From the NCBI GenBank assembly GCA_043761745.1, contig JAYUNL010000175.1, positions 13,047-77,046 of the forward strand: 64,000 nucleotides of DNA. Reading direction: 5' to 3'. The first letter of the stretch is position 1. Each line of letters opens with the position of its first letter. Under the pieces are notes generated by a model. The model was given only the letters and a program-made list of their open reading frames with translations. It had not been told where the DNA came from and made no database searches. This stretch comes from Rhodocyclaceae bacterium. GTDB taxonomy: Bacteria > Pseudomonadota > Gammaproteobacteria > Burkholderiales > Rhodocyclaceae. The position numbers and the translations under genes were made by a program. Shown here in pieces: positions 51,478-64,000 of this stretch.

Positions 51478-53742
51478 ATGATCGCGCAAGAATTGGAAGT
51501 CAGTCTGCACATGGCCTTCGTGGAGGCAAGACAGAAACGCCACGAGTTCATCACCGTGGAGCATCTCTTGTTGGCCTTGTTGGACAACCCGTCGGCTGCC
51601 GAGGTGTTGCGCGCCTGTTCGGCCAACATTGAGGACTTGCGTAAAGAACTCTCAGGCTTCATCACCGAGCACACGCCCACCGTCACCGGCACTGAAGAAA
51701 TCGACACCCAGCCCACGTTGGGCTTCCAGCGCGTCATACAGCGCGCCATACTGCACGTGCAGTCGTCGGGCAAGAAGGAAGTCACCGGCGCCAATGTACT
51801 CGTCGCGATATTCGGCGAAAAGGATTCGCACGCCGTGTATTTCCTCCAGCGCCAAGGCATCACCCGGCTGGACGTGGTCAATTTCATTTCCCACGGCATC
51901 GCCAAAACGCCCGCACAGGGCGGCGCGCGTCACGACAGTGAGCAACAAGAGCAGGATGCAGAATCACCCCAGGCTGGTGGCGCCCTGGAGAGCTTCACGC
52001 AAAATCTCAATGCCCAGGCGCTCATGGGCAAGATCGACCCACTGATCGGGCGCGACAAGGAACTCGAACGCGTCATCCAGACGCTGTGCCGTCGGCGCAA
52101 GAACAACCCGCTGTTGGTGGGTGAGGCTGGTGTCGGCAAGACCGCTATCGCCGAAGGGCTTGCACGGCGCATCGTCGAGAATCGCGTGCCGGATATCTTG
52201 GCGCACGCGCAGATTTATTCGCTCGACATGGGCGCGCTCCTGGCCGGTACCAAATATCGCGGCGATTTTGAACAGCGCCTGAAAGCCGTGCTGAAGCAAT
52301 TGCTGGACAACCCCAACGCGATACTCTTCATCGACGAAATTCACACCTTGATCGGGGCCGGAGCCGCCTCGGGCGGCACGCTGGACGCCTCCAACCTGCT
52401 CAAGCCGGCCCTGGCTTCCGGCCAGTTGAAGTGCATCGGTGCGACGACCTATACCGAATACCGCGGCGTGTTCGAGAAGGATCATGCCTTGTCGCGCCGC
52501 TTCCAGAAAGTGGAAGTCAACGAGCCTTCGGTTGAAGAAACCATTTCAATTTTGCGCGGCCTGAAGTCGCGCTTCGAAGCGCATCACAGCGTGAAGTATT
52601 CCACCACGGCGCTGTCCAGCGCCGCTGAGCTGTCGGCCCGCTATATCAGCGACCGACATTTGCCGGACAAGGCCATTGACGTGATCGACGAAGCGGGTGC
52701 CGCTCAGCGCATCCTGCCGAAATCCAAGCAGAAAAAGGTCATCGGCAAAACCGAGATTGAAGACATTGTCGCCAAAATCGCGCGCATTCCCTCGCAGCAT
52801 GTGTCAACGGATGACCGCGCGGCACTGAGGAACCTCGACCGCGATCTGAGATCGGTGGTGTTTGGTCAGGACAAAGCCATCGAAGCCCTCACCAAAGCCA
52901 TCAAGATGTCGCGATCGGGTCTGGGCAATCCGCAAAAGCCCATCGGCGCTTTCCTGTTTTCAGGCCCGACGGGCGTGGGCAAGACAGAAGTTGCGCGGCA
53001 GTTGGCGTATTGCATGGGCATCGAACTGGTGCGTTTCGACATGTCGGAATACATGGAGCGCCACGCCGTGTCGCGCCTGATCGGCGCACCACCCGGCTAT
53101 GTCGGCTTCGATCAGGGTGGCCAGCTCACCGAGGCGATCAACAAGAAGCCTCACTCGGTATTGCTGCTCGACGAAATCGAGAAGGCCCACCCGGATATTT
53201 TCAACATCCTGCTACAGGTGATGGATCACGGCACGCTGACGGATAACAACGGCCGCAAGACCGATTTCCGCAATGTGGTGATCGTCATGACCACTAACGC
53301 GGGCGCCGAAGCCATGCAAAAGGCCAACATCGGCTTCTCGATGTCACGTCAGGCGGGTGACGAAATGGAGGATATCAAGCGCCTCTTCTCACCGGAGTTC
53401 CGCAACCGGCTCGATGCGACGATTTCATTCGCAGCGCTCGATAAAGAGGTCATCCTGCGCGTGGTCGACAAATTCCTCATGCAGCTCGAAGCGCAGTTGC
53501 ACGAGAAAAAAGTCGAAGCGATCTTCACCGACAAACTCAAAAACTGGCTTTCCGAGAAGGGCTTTGATCCTCTCATGGGCGCGCGCCCGATGGCGCGGCT
53601 CATCCAGGACACGATCCGTTCGGCACTCGCCGACGAGTTGCTGTTCGGCCGCCTGGCCAACGGTGGCCGCGTCACCATAGACCTCGACGACGAACAGAAA
53701 GTGAAGTTGGTTTTTGACGAGGTGGCCGAGCCGGTTGCCTAA
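51478..53742 (+). CDS. clpA: ATP-dependent Clp protease ATP-binding subunit ClpA
   Basis: 754 aa; N-domain plus two AAA+ modules ([10 protein letters not shown] and GPTGVGKTE Walker A motifs). Confidence 0.95.
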   Translation: MIAQELEVSLHMAFVEARQKRHEFITVEHLLLALLDNPSAAEVLRACSANIEDLRKELSGFITEHTPTVTGTEEIDTQPTLGFQRVIQRAILHVQSSGKKEVTGANVLVAIFGEKDSHAVYFLQRQGITRLDVVNFISHGIAKTPAQGGARHDSEQQEQDAESPQAGGALESFTQNLNAQALMGKIDPLIGRDKELERVIQTLCRRRKNNPLLVGEAGVGKTAIAEGLARRIVENRVPDILAHAQIYSLDMGALLAGTKYRGDFEQRLKAVLKQLLDNPNAILFIDEIHTLIGAGAASGGTLDASNLLKPALASGQLKCIGATTYTEYRGVFEKDHALSRRFQKVEVNEPSVEETISILRGLKSRFEAHHSVKYSTTALSSAAELSARYISDRHLPDKAIDVIDEAGAAQRILPKSKQKKVIGKTEIEDIVAKIARIPSQHVSTDDRAALRNLDRDLRSVVFGQDKAIEALTKAIKMSRSGLGNPQKPIGAFLFSGPTGVGKTEVARQLAYCMGIELVRFDMSEYMERHAVSRLIGAPPGYVGFDQGGQLTEAINKKPHSVLLLDEIEKAHPDIFNILLQVMDHGTLTDNNGRKTDFRNVVIVMTTNAGAEAMQKANIGFSMSRQAGDEMEDIKRLFSPEFRNRLDATISFAALDKEVILRVVDKFLMQLEAQLHEKKVEAIFTDKLKNWLSEKGFDPLMGARPMARLIQDTIRSALADELLFGRLANGGRVTIDLDDEQKVKLVFDEVAEPVA

Positions 53743-53759
53743 GCGCACCGGCTTTGCAG

Positions 53760-53790
53760 ACGGCGGCAACGATGCCGCCGTTTTTGTTTG
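53760..53790 (+). terminator. intrinsic terminator downstream of clpA
   Basis: ACGGCGGC-aacgat-GCCGCCGT followed by TTTTGTTTG. Confidence 0.7.
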
Positions 53791-53897
53791 TGCCGCAGAC
53801 CACACGGACAAAACCTGATGAAGCCTGATTTTCTGAAAGCCAATCATTGTTCATCCGTGCAATCCGCGGCGAACTCCTTTTCACTGAAGTGATCACC

Positions 53898-54389
53898 ATG
53901 CCATTCCAAACCGCCGATCTTTGCGATCAATATGAAAACGACGTGCGTGCCGGCAAAGTGCGCGTGGTCGAACCCATGTTCAATAGCTATGGTGGGCATG
54001 ACAGCTTTCATGGCGTCATCACCACACTGAAATTATTTGAAGACAACTCGCTGGTGCGCCAAGCGCTGGCAGCGCCTGGCCAGGGGCGTGTGCTGGTCGT
54101 CGACGGCGGTGGCAGCCTGCGCTGCGCCCTGGTGGGTGACCAACTGGCCAAACTTGCCGCCGACCAGGACTGGGCTGGCATTCTGGTTTATGGCTGCATC
54201 CGCGATGCTCGCGCTATTGCCGAACTTCCCATCGGGGTTTTCGCGCTGGACACCCACCCCCTCAAGAGCATCAAGCAAGACGTCGGGGAAGCGGATATCG
54301 CCGTCAGTTTCGGCGGCGTAACCTTCCGGCCCGGTGAATATGTGTACGCCGATGAGGACGGCATTCTCGTGGCCGATAGGCCACTATAG
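53898..54389 (+). CDS. rraA: ribonuclease E activity regulator RraA (RraA/MenG family)
   Basis: 163 aa from the ATG at 53898; [12 protein letters not shown]-terminus and [17 protein letters not shown] motif. Confidence 0.88.
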   Translation: MPFQTADLCDQYENDVRAGKVRVVEPMFNSYGGHDSFHGVITTLKLFEDNSLVRQALAAPGQGRVLVVDGGGSLRCALVGDQLAKLAADQDWAGILVYGCIRDARAIAELPIGVFALDTHPLKSIKQDVGEADIAVSFGGVTFRPGEYVYADEDGILVADRPL

Positions 54390-54769
54390 CGTCTTGGTGC
54401 GCCGCAACACATGTTGCGTTTCATAACAGAAACCATAATTTCATAATACGAGATTAACTAAGCAAGGTCTTATTAAAGCGCAACAATTTTTTTAGTTTGG
54501 CTAGGGGAAAAGGGGTTGTTGCTTCGCAAAATCCTCTCTATACTTCTGTCCCTAACACGAGACGAGCCGCGAAAACCAGTGCGCCTCGTCCGTCATGACA
54601 GACACCCACCCCTTCTGTCGTTATCGGTTTGTCAGATTCGATCTCTGGCCGCCCCGTGGATGGGCAGTCGCATGCCGCACCCGCAAGGCGCGACGCGGCG
54701 CCCATAGGCCCGGCCCGGCGAGACACCACGCCGCGCACCGACAAAAATATTATTTAATTAAGGACTGCC

Positions 54770-56068
<1,299 letters not shown>

Positions 56069-56096
56069 GCGGCTTTCCAGCCGCATGCGACACCGC

Positions 56097-56128
56097 GCCG
56101 CACCCTCGTAAGGGGGTGCGGCGTTTTT
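56097..56128 (+). terminator. intrinsic terminator between aceA and aceB
   Basis: GCCGCACCC-tcgtaag-GGGTGCGGC followed by GTTTTTGTTTT. Confidence 0.7.
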
Positions 56129-56180
56129 GTTTTGCGGCGCCAAGAAACTCGCTGACAAGAGCACCGATAAGGGAGCAAAC

Positions 56181-57785
<1,605 letters not shown>

Positions 57786-57804
57786 CGAACAGCGACCACC
57801 ATCG

Positions 57805-57834
57805 AACGGCGTCCAATCCTGGGCGCCGTTTTCC
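57805..57834 (+). terminator. probable intrinsic terminator downstream of aceB
   Basis: AACGGCG...CGCCGTT stem followed by TTTCC; the T-run is short. Confidence 0.45.
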
Positions 57835-57947
57835 TATTGAGCGGGGCGACAAAGGGCGTGACAGACTGCCTCACGAAGACCGGCGACATACGCTAACATT
57901 GGCTGGATGGCCCGTTATCAAGTTATTAGCGTCCACCGGAACCCGAC

Positions 57948-60785
57948 ATGAATATTCGCTCAAGTCGCAGCGATCAAAAAATCAAGCTGCGCTTCCTATT
58001 GCCACTGCTGCTCACTACGCTGCTCTCCGCAGTTTGCCCGACAGGCAGTGCCGCCGACAATCAGGCGTCGCGCTACTATGAAGATGCGCTGACGCGTTAT
58101 GAGCGGGGCGATATTGGCGGTGCAATCGTCCAGCTCAAGAATGCGCGGCAACTGGACAAAAATATGCTGCCTGTCCAGGTACTGCTGGGCAAAGCGCTCA
58201 TGGCGAATGGAGAAGCCGTGGCCGCCGATGTCGCCTTGACGGAGGCTTTGCGCCAGGGCGTTAACCGCGCGGAAGTCGTCATCCCTCTCGCCCAGGCTTA
58301 CCTGGCGCAAGGCAAGCAAAAACAGCTGTTGGAGCAGCCGCACTTCAGCCCTGCCGGCCTGCCCCAAGCTTTGCAATTAAAACTTCTTGTGCTGCGCGCC
58401 TCCGCCGCCGCCGACCTGGGTGACATGCGTGGCGCCCTGCGTGCCGTTGAAGAAGCCCGCACCATCGACGCCAAGTCCATCGACGGCTGGCTGGCCGAGG
58501 TACCTATACGCATACGCACTCGCGAGTTTGACCAAGCGACAGATGCTGCTGAGCACGCGCTGCTGATTGACCGAAATTCAGCCGAAGCTTGGTACCAAAA
58601 AGCCTCCGTGATGCACGTGCGCGGCGATTTGAAAAATGCCCTTGCCGCCTATGAGCGCGCCCTGCACGCCGATCCCCGCCACCTAGAAGCTCGAGTGGCC
58701 CGCGCCGGGCTTTATATCGACTTACGTCAGCCATTTGAAGCAAGCAAGGACATCGCCGAACTGTTACGTTTGGCGCCACAAGAACCGCGCGGCGCCTATC
58801 TGAAAGCCTTGCTTGCCGAACGCGAGAACAACACCGCCGCCGCTCACAGCGCGCTCCAGGAAGTGACGAAGCTGATTGATCCCGTGCCATTGGATTTCAT
58901 TCGCTATCGTCCTCAATTGCTGATGTTGAACGGTCTCGCACATTTCGGATTGCATGAGAATGAGAAGGCCAAAACCTATCTTGAAGCCTTTCAAAAAACA
59001 CAAGGCGTCGGCGGAGCGGCGGCCAAATTGTTAGCACAGATTTATTTCACTGAAGGAGACGCTGGCCACGCCATTTCCATCCTTGAGAATTACCTTAAGA
59101 CGCAACCGACTGATGCGCAAGCCCTCACCGTACTCGCTTCCGCACACATGGCGCAAGGTCATCACGCCAAGGCGACGTCACTGATGCAAGAAGCGCTACG
59201 TAGCCAGGACACGCCGGCATTACGGGCCATGCTCGGCCTCAGTTTGCTTGGCAGCGATCAAGCCGGGGATGCCATGAGCCAGCTTGAAGCCGCCTACAAG
59301 AAGGACCCGCAACAAATCCAGGCGGGCGCCGCGCTGGTGGGGCTTTATCTTCGTACCGGACAGACAGCGAAAGCCATCAGCACAGCAGAAAGTTTAACCA
59401 GTCGGCAAGCCTCGAACGCGGGGTTTTTCAACCTGCTCGGCATGGCGTATGCAGCGGCGGGAAACACGACCCCCGCCCGCGCGGCATTCGAACGGGCCGC
59501 CAAACTTGACGTTACGCTAGTCCCCGCCAAGCTCAATCTCGCCAAACTCGATATCGCCACGAAGTCTTATGACACCGCGGCACAGCGTTTGACCGCCCTA
59601 CTCAAAACGGATGAGCGAAACACCGACGCGCTGTTTGAAATGGCCAACCTATCCTTGCAACGCGGCCAGCCGGAAGAAGCGCAGCGCTGGCTGGAAAAGG
59701 CCGATGACTTCGAAGGAGGACAAAAACTCCGCGCCGGCTTGGCCTTGGTCGATTTGCATTTGCGCAACCGTCACCCATCCCAGGCTTTGGACGTCGCCAA
59801 ACGCCTTTCGGCCAAGGCCTCCGACAATCCCGTTGTCTTGATGGCCTACAGCAAAGCACAACTCGCGGCGGGCGATGCAGCCGCCGCACGGGCAACCCTC
59901 AACGGCGCGGCGCGTTTCGCCAACTTCAATGCACCCGCGCAACTCGAGATAGCAACATTGCAGTTGGCCGCCAACAATCCCACCGGCGCGGAGTACAGCC
60001 TGGAAAAGGCGCTCTCCGGGGAACCGGACTATCTGCCTGCCATGGCTTTGATGAGCGAGCTGGAGTTGCGTCAGGGCAACCCGGCTAAGGCCGAGCGCAG
60101 AGCGCGGCTAATCATCGAGAAGCATCCCAAACGCGCCATCGGCCAAAGTTTGCTTGGCGACATCGCGCTAGCGCGCAATCAAGGCCCGGTGGCGCTCGAC
60201 GCCTATCGCCGCGCCCATCAAATTGAACCATCCACCGACACTTTGCTCAGGCTGGCTCGCACGCTGCTGGCTCAGGACAACGCCAAGCCCGCGCTACAGA
60301 TCATCGAGCAATGGATCAAACTCCATCCGGATGACATACTGGCGCGCCGGGCCTTGGCGGATGCCTATGCCCGCACCGGCAACTTCCCCTCAGCTCGCGC
60401 CGCTTATGAGACGCTGCTCAAAGCTGCGCCAGATGATGCTGATGTTATGAACAATCTCGCCAACGTTTTACTGCGCCTCGACGACGCCGGCGCGGTGAAA
60501 ATGGCAGAACAGGCTAGAGCGAAGGAACCGAATAATCCGGACATCATCGACACCTTGGGCTGGGCGCATTTCAAGAACGGCAACACCGACCGCGCGCTCT
60601 CGCTGCTCCGAGACGCCCGCCTGCGCAACCCGGGTAGTCCAGACATCCGCTACCACCTGGCGGCGGTGCTGGCCAAGACGGGCCGCAAGGCCGAAGCACG
60701 CGAGGAACTGGAAACGGCTCTTAAATCCGGCCGCGACTTTGAGCAAGCGCGCGAAGCCGACAGCCTGCTGCGTACGCTCAAGTGA
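57948..60785 (+). CDS. prsT: PEP-CTERM system TPR-repeat protein PrsT-like
   Basis: 945 aa; N-terminal signal or lipoprotein-like segment, then TPR repeats along the whole length. Size and architecture match the PrsT family. A PEP-CTERM protein gene follows. Confidence 0.72.
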   Translation: MNIRSSRSDQKIKLRFLLPLLLTTLLSAVCPTGSAADNQASRYYEDALTRYERGDIGGAIVQLKNARQLDKNMLPVQVLLGKALMANGEAVAADVALTEALRQGVNRAEVVIPLAQAYLAQGKQKQLLEQPHFSPAGLPQALQLKLLVLRASAAADLGDMRGALRAVEEARTIDAKSIDGWLAEVPIRIRTREFDQATDAAEHALLIDRNSAEAWYQKASVMHVRGDLKNALAAYERALHADPRHLEARVARAGLYIDLRQPFEASKDIAELLRLAPQEPRGAYLKALLAERENNTAAAHSALQEVTKLIDPVPLDFIRYRPQLLMLNGLAHFGLHENEKAKTYLEAFQKTQGVGGAAAKLLAQIYFTEGDAGHAISILENYLKTQPTDAQALTVLASAHMAQGHHAKATSLMQEALRSQDTPALRAMLGLSLLGSDQAGDAMSQLEAAYKKDPQQIQAGAALVGLYLRTGQTAKAISTAESLTSRQASNAGFFNLLGMAYAAAGNTTPARAAFERAAKLDVTLVPAKLNLAKLDIATKSYDTAAQRLTALLKTDERNTDALFEMANLSLQRGQPEEAQRWLEKADDFEGGQKLRAGLALVDLHLRNRHPSQALDVAKRLSAKASDNPVVLMAYSKAQLAAGDAAAARATLNGAARFANFNAPAQLEIATLQLAANNPTGAEYSLEKALSGEPDYLPAMALMSELELRQGNPAKAERRARLIIEKHPKRAIGQSLLGDIALARNQGPVALDAYRRAHQIEPSTDTLLRLARTLLAQDNAKPALQIIEQWIKLHPDDILARRALADAYARTGNFPSARAAYETLLKAAPDDADVMNNLANVLLRLDDAGAVKMAEQARAKEPNNPDIIDTLGWAHFKNGNTDRALSLLRDARLRNPGSPDIRYHLAAVLAKTGRKAEAREELETALKSGRDFEQAREADSLLRTLK

Positions 60786-60959
60786 GCAGCAGGCTCATTA
60801 TGAGTGTCGATAGATTTTACAGTCAGCCAGTTTTTATCCTGAGAAATTTATCCAGGCAATTGAAATAAATAATTAATTTTATGCTGGCCCGTTTATTGCT
60901 GAGAATGGGGCGCTCAACACCAAACTCCCGCGCATCTGTGCGCCCAGAGAGGAACGAAC

Positions 60960-61721
60960 ATGAATAGCAATCGCATAGTCACAATGTTGGCGGCTTGCAC
61001 CTTAGCCGCCATGGCGCCCTCGGCCTTCGCATTGTCCACGTGGAACTTCAGCACATCGGGCGGCTGCGCCCAAAGCGGCAGCGGTTTCGGCAATAGTTGG
61101 TCGTGTAATGCCACCGGCCCTGGCCCCACTGCAACGGCGACAGCGTGGTCCACGACGGGCAGCGGCGCCAGTTTTGCGGCAGCAAACGCTGCCCAGTACG
61201 GCACCAGCGGTTTCGGCGTACGCAACACCGTCGAAACCCTGAGCGCAGCTTCACCGGACCACTCAATGGACAACAGCGGCCAAACGGACTTGCTCTCCCT
61301 AAAGTTCGCTTCGAGCGTCAAGCTGGACAGCCTGAAGCTGGGCTGGTATTCCAACGATTCGGATGTCAGCGTGCTGGCCTACACTAGCGCTAGCCCGCCC
61401 CCCTCGTCGATTGCTGGCAAGACGGTGGCGAATCTCCTGTCTAGCGGATGGAGCCTAGTGGCGAACCTCTCCAACGTGGGTTCTTCGAGCCCGACCTTCA
61501 ACGCGGGCGGCATTATTGGTTCAAGCTGGTGGTTGATCAGCGCCTACAACAGTGGTTATAACGGCAGCGCAGCGCTGGATGGCAGTTCCGATTACGTCAA
61601 GCTGCTCAGCGTGTCCAACAGCACGCCTGGCAAAGTGCCTGAGCCGGGTTCGCTGGCGCTCGTTGGCCTAGCGACCTGCGCGGCCCTCAGCCTGCGCCGG
61701 CGCAAGACACAGACCGCTTGA
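60960..61721 (+). CDS. PEP-CTERM sorting-domain surface protein
   Basis: 253 aa; signal peptide; Ser/Gly/Thr-rich body. C-terminal VPEPGSLALVGLATCAALSLRRRK has the PEP motif, a TM segment and an Arg cluster. Confidence 0.85.
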   Translation: MNSNRIVTMLAACTLAAMAPSAFALSTWNFSTSGGCAQSGSGFGNSWSCNATGPGPTATATAWSTTGSGASFAAANAAQYGTSGFGVRNTVETLSAASPDHSMDNSGQTDLLSLKFASSVKLDSLKLGWYSNDSDVSVLAYTSASPPPSSIAGKTVANLLSSGWSLVANLSNVGSSSPTFNAGGIIGSSWWLISAYNSGYNGSAALDGSSDYVKLLSVSNSTPGKVPEPGSLALVGLATCAALSLRRRKTQTA

Positions 61722-61760
61722 CGGTGCAGGACGCCGGTAACACCGGCGCGCATCGGCGCA

Positions 61761-61788
61761 AAAAGGCCCGGCATCAGCCGGGCCTTTT
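61761..61788 (+). terminator. intrinsic terminator downstream of the PEP-CTERM gene
   Basis: AAAAGGCCCGGC-atca-GCCGGGCCTTTT followed by TGC. Confidence 0.75.
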
Positions 61789-61829
61789 TGCTATTGTGTG
61801 CGCGCAAACGTCCTCACAAGGAACTCATC

Positions 61830-62495
61830 ATGGGACAGACGATCAGCATACGCCGACCCGACGGTACTTCCATCAATGCCCACATCGCTGGCACCGCGCA
61901 ATCGCGCATGGGGCTGGTTGTCATCCAGGAATGGTGGGGGCTCAACGACTATATCCGCAGCGTGGCCGATCGTTTCGCGCTAGCGGGCTACCTGGTCCTC
62001 GCGCCGGATCTTTATCAGGGACGTGTCACGCAGGATATGGATGAAGCGCGACACCTGATGGACGGTCTGGATTTTCCCGGTGCCACACATCAGGATATCG
62101 GTGCCGCCGTCGACCACCTGCGGCTATCTTGCGACAAAGTAGGCGTGTTGGGTTTTTGTATGGGCGGCGCGCTCACCATTGCCGCGGCCGTGCACGTGCC
62201 GAACCTTTCCGCCGCCGTGTGCTTTTATGGCATACCGCCCAAGCAGTTCGCCGATCCTTCCAACATCAAGATTCCCTTCCAGGCGCATTTCGCCCAACAC
62301 GACGATTGGTGCACACCGCAATTGGTGGATGCCCTGGAGCAAGGCATGCGCACCGCTGGCGCCAATCCAGAGATTTATCGTTACGACGCCAACCACGCCT
62401 TCTTCAATCACAGCCGCCCCGAGGTGTACAACGCAACCTGCGCCGACCTCGCTTGGGAACGAGCCAACCAGTTCCTCAAGAAACATCTTGGTTAA
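61830..62495 (+). CDS. dienelactone hydrolase family protein
   Basis: 221 aa from the ATG at 61830; VIQEWWGLN and nucleophile region GFCMGGAL. Confidence 0.85.
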   Translation: MGQTISIRRPDGTSINAHIAGTAQSRMGLVVIQEWWGLNDYIRSVADRFALAGYLVLAPDLYQGRVTQDMDEARHLMDGLDFPGATHQDIGAAVDHLRLSCDKVGVLGFCMGGALTIAAAVHVPNLSAAVCFYGIPPKQFADPSNIKIPFQAHFAQHDDWCTPQLVDALEQGMRTAGANPEIYRYDANHAFFNHSRPEVYNATCADLAWERANQFLKKHLG

Positions 62496-62502
62496 GCAAG
62501 CG

Positions 62503-62982
62503 ATGCTCGCATTCGAACAGACAGATCTAAGCACCGACGCTAGCGCACAACAATTTCTGAAGCATGAAGTGGTGGATGTCTGCTTCGCCTCCGCAGACGG
62601 CGAATTGATCAGCCGCGAAGGCCCCAATCGTTACGCAAAGGGCGATGCCTTGATCACGGGCTCCACCGGCGACCGCTGGAGCGTTTCGCGCGGTCGCTTT
62701 GACGCAAAATACGAAGCCATCCCGCCCGCGCAAATGGGCGAAGCAGGCCGTTATCGGTGCAAACCGATACTGGTACTGGCCAAGCAGATCACCGAGCCTT
62801 TCAGCATCGCCCGCTCCAAAGGTGGCGATCTGCTACGTGGCGCAGCGCACGACTGGTTGCTTCAATATGCGCCCGGTGATTTCGGTATCGTCGAAAACGC
62901 GAGATTTCAACAGGTTTATCACCTGTCCAGCGAAGCGGCGCATGAACTTCAAGGCGGCCCGGAATCCTGCAATCGTCGTTGA
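62503..62982 (+). CDS. PGDYG-domain protein (function unknown)
   Basis: 159 aa from the ATG at 62503; YAPGDFGIV matches the family-defining PGDYG motif as I recall it. The track start at 62179 overlaps the hydrolase gene. Confidence 0.65.
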   Translation: MLAFEQTDLSTDASAQQFLKHEVVDVCFASADGELISREGPNRYAKGDALITGSTGDRWSVSRGRFDAKYEAIPPAQMGEAGRYRCKPILVLAKQITEPFSIARSKGGDLLRGAAHDWLLQYAPGDFGIVENARFQQVYHLSSEAAHELQGGPESCNRR

Positions 62983-63041
62983 CCGGTCGCCTTACTTATG
63001 CCATTGTTTTTCGATCAGGCTAGCGCCGCCGGGAGAAAAAC

Positions 63042-64000
63042 ATGGAGCAATCACCACCTGTTTTCCAGTACTACCAGTCTCAGCAGGCCGAGCTGGAAGC
63101 CGGCTACCTGCGCCAGCGCCTGCTGCCACCAGAGGAGCCCAAAAGTGACGCGCCCCAGAGTGAAGCAGGCGACGCCTTCGAAGCTGTTTCCGCCGCAAAG
63201 GGTTTCGCCCTCTCCGGTGGCGGCATCCGCAGCGCCACATTCAATCTTGGTCTGCTACAGGCGCTCGCGCAGGCTGACCGCCTAAAAGAAATTGATTTCC
63301 TGTCCACCGTTTCGGGCGGCGGATATATCGGTTCCTTTCTCGGTCGCCTTTATCATCGCGCCGCGCAAGAGGCACCGGAGGCGCCACCCGCAACTACCGC
63401 CGCCAATGTCGAGTCTGTTCTGGCCAGCGACGCGGCGCCGGTGCTGCGCTGGCTGCGCGACTACGGCCGCTACCTGGCGCCGCAGGGCCTCAAGGATCGC
63501 CTGTTCGCTTTCGGTATCTATAGCCGCAACCTGCTGACCATCCACGTGTTGCTGGGCGTCACCCTGATGACGGCCTTTCTGGGCTGGGCCGCCCTGCGCA
63601 TCTGGCTCCCCACCCTATTCCTTGGTGCGGAGACCAACTTCCCCTTCGCCTACCTGCCCGACGGCTCAGGCCTGAGCCCCGCCTGGGTGCCCGTGCTGGG
63701 CTGCACGGCGCTGATAGTTTCTGTGGCGTGGGCCTACTGGATGCACCGCGACTCCGCTTCCCTCGCATGGGAACAGCGCATCGTCGGCGCAGTCGTCGCC
63801 TCGATCGCAGCGCTCGCCCTGTATCAGCAGTTGCCCATCTTCATGGTCGATACCGTTCAAAAGCTGCATCCTGCGCTTATCCTCGGTGCGCTGATTATCG
63901 GCAGCGGCGCTCTCGTCGCGACATTTGTTGTTGGCGTCGGTTTGGACGGCAGCATGGCCGCCATCCGTAACCGGCTATCCACCTGGCTGCGTTTGTTGTT
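63042..64000 (+). CDS. patatin-like phospholipase domain protein with downstream transmembrane region (3' end outside the window)
   Basis: Not in the ORF track because no stop lies in the window. ATG at 63042 with GGGAG at 63031. My translation gives FALSGGGIRSATFNLGLLQAL (oxyanion GGGxR) and STVSGGGYIGSFL (nucleophile elbow), then several hydrophobic segments to the window end. Confidence 0.78.
   Translation, partial: MEQSPPVFQYYQSQQAELEAGYLRQRLLPPEEPKSDAPQSEAGDAFEAVSAAKGFALSGGGIRSATFNLGLLQALAQADRLKEIDFLSTVSGGGYIGSFLGRLYHRAAQEAPEAPPATTAANVESVLASDAAPVLRWLRDYGRYLAPQGLKDRLFAFGIYSRNLLTIHVLLGVTLMTAFLGWAALRIWLPTLFLGAETNFPFAYLPDGSGLSPAWVPVLGCTALIVSVAWAYWMHRDSASLAWEQRIVGAVVASIAALALYQQLPIFMVDTVQKLHPALILGALIIGSGALVATFVVGVGLDGSMAAIRNRLSTWLRLL

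Overview
This is a GC-rich, chromosomal-looking window. Gene content and order suggest a betaproteobacterium: exbB-exbD-lpxK-trm112-kdsB-adk, rpsT/murJ, and PrsT with PEP-CTERM proteins. That taxonomic call is inference only. About 60 protein-coding genes can be supported from motifs and full-length family resemblance. No rRNA, tRNA, CRISPR array, IS element, integrase or prophage gene was recognised. All product names come from motif and family recognition by eye; no database search was run.

Most of the window is housekeeping:
- pgi, orn, rsgA and a thiolase
- argG-argF-argD
- rpsT and murJ
- an H+-pyrophosphatase next to a PPi-type phosphofructokinase
- adk, kdsB, lpxK, exbBD and xseA
- aceK divergent from icd
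- cspA, clpS and clpA
- rraA, aceA and aceB

The accessory-looking parts are:
1. A higBA toxin-antitoxin pair next to a REP-like palindromic repeat.
2. A long minus-strand locus at about 20.6-34.6 kb. It runs TonB-dependent receptor, cupin, lipoprotein family-5 solute-binding protein, two tandem divergent DHDPS-like paralogs, secreted alpha/beta hydrolase, DppBCDF-type importer, 14-TMS MFS exporter. A LysR regulator gene converges on its downstream end. I cannot map this onto a known pathway, and I consider it the best candidate for an undescribed system.
3. Two tandem duplicated small secreted low-complexity proteins, one Lys/Glu-rich and one Ala/Pro/Lys-rich.
4. Three clustered DnaA boxes beside an AT-rich tract in the exbB/xseA intergenic region.
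5. A PrsT TPR lipoprotein followed by a PEP-CTERM protein.
6. A PGDYG-domain gene followed by a patatin-like membrane protein that runs off the 3' end of the window.

Many long ORFs in the track are antisense shadow ORFs of a GC-rich genome and were rejected.
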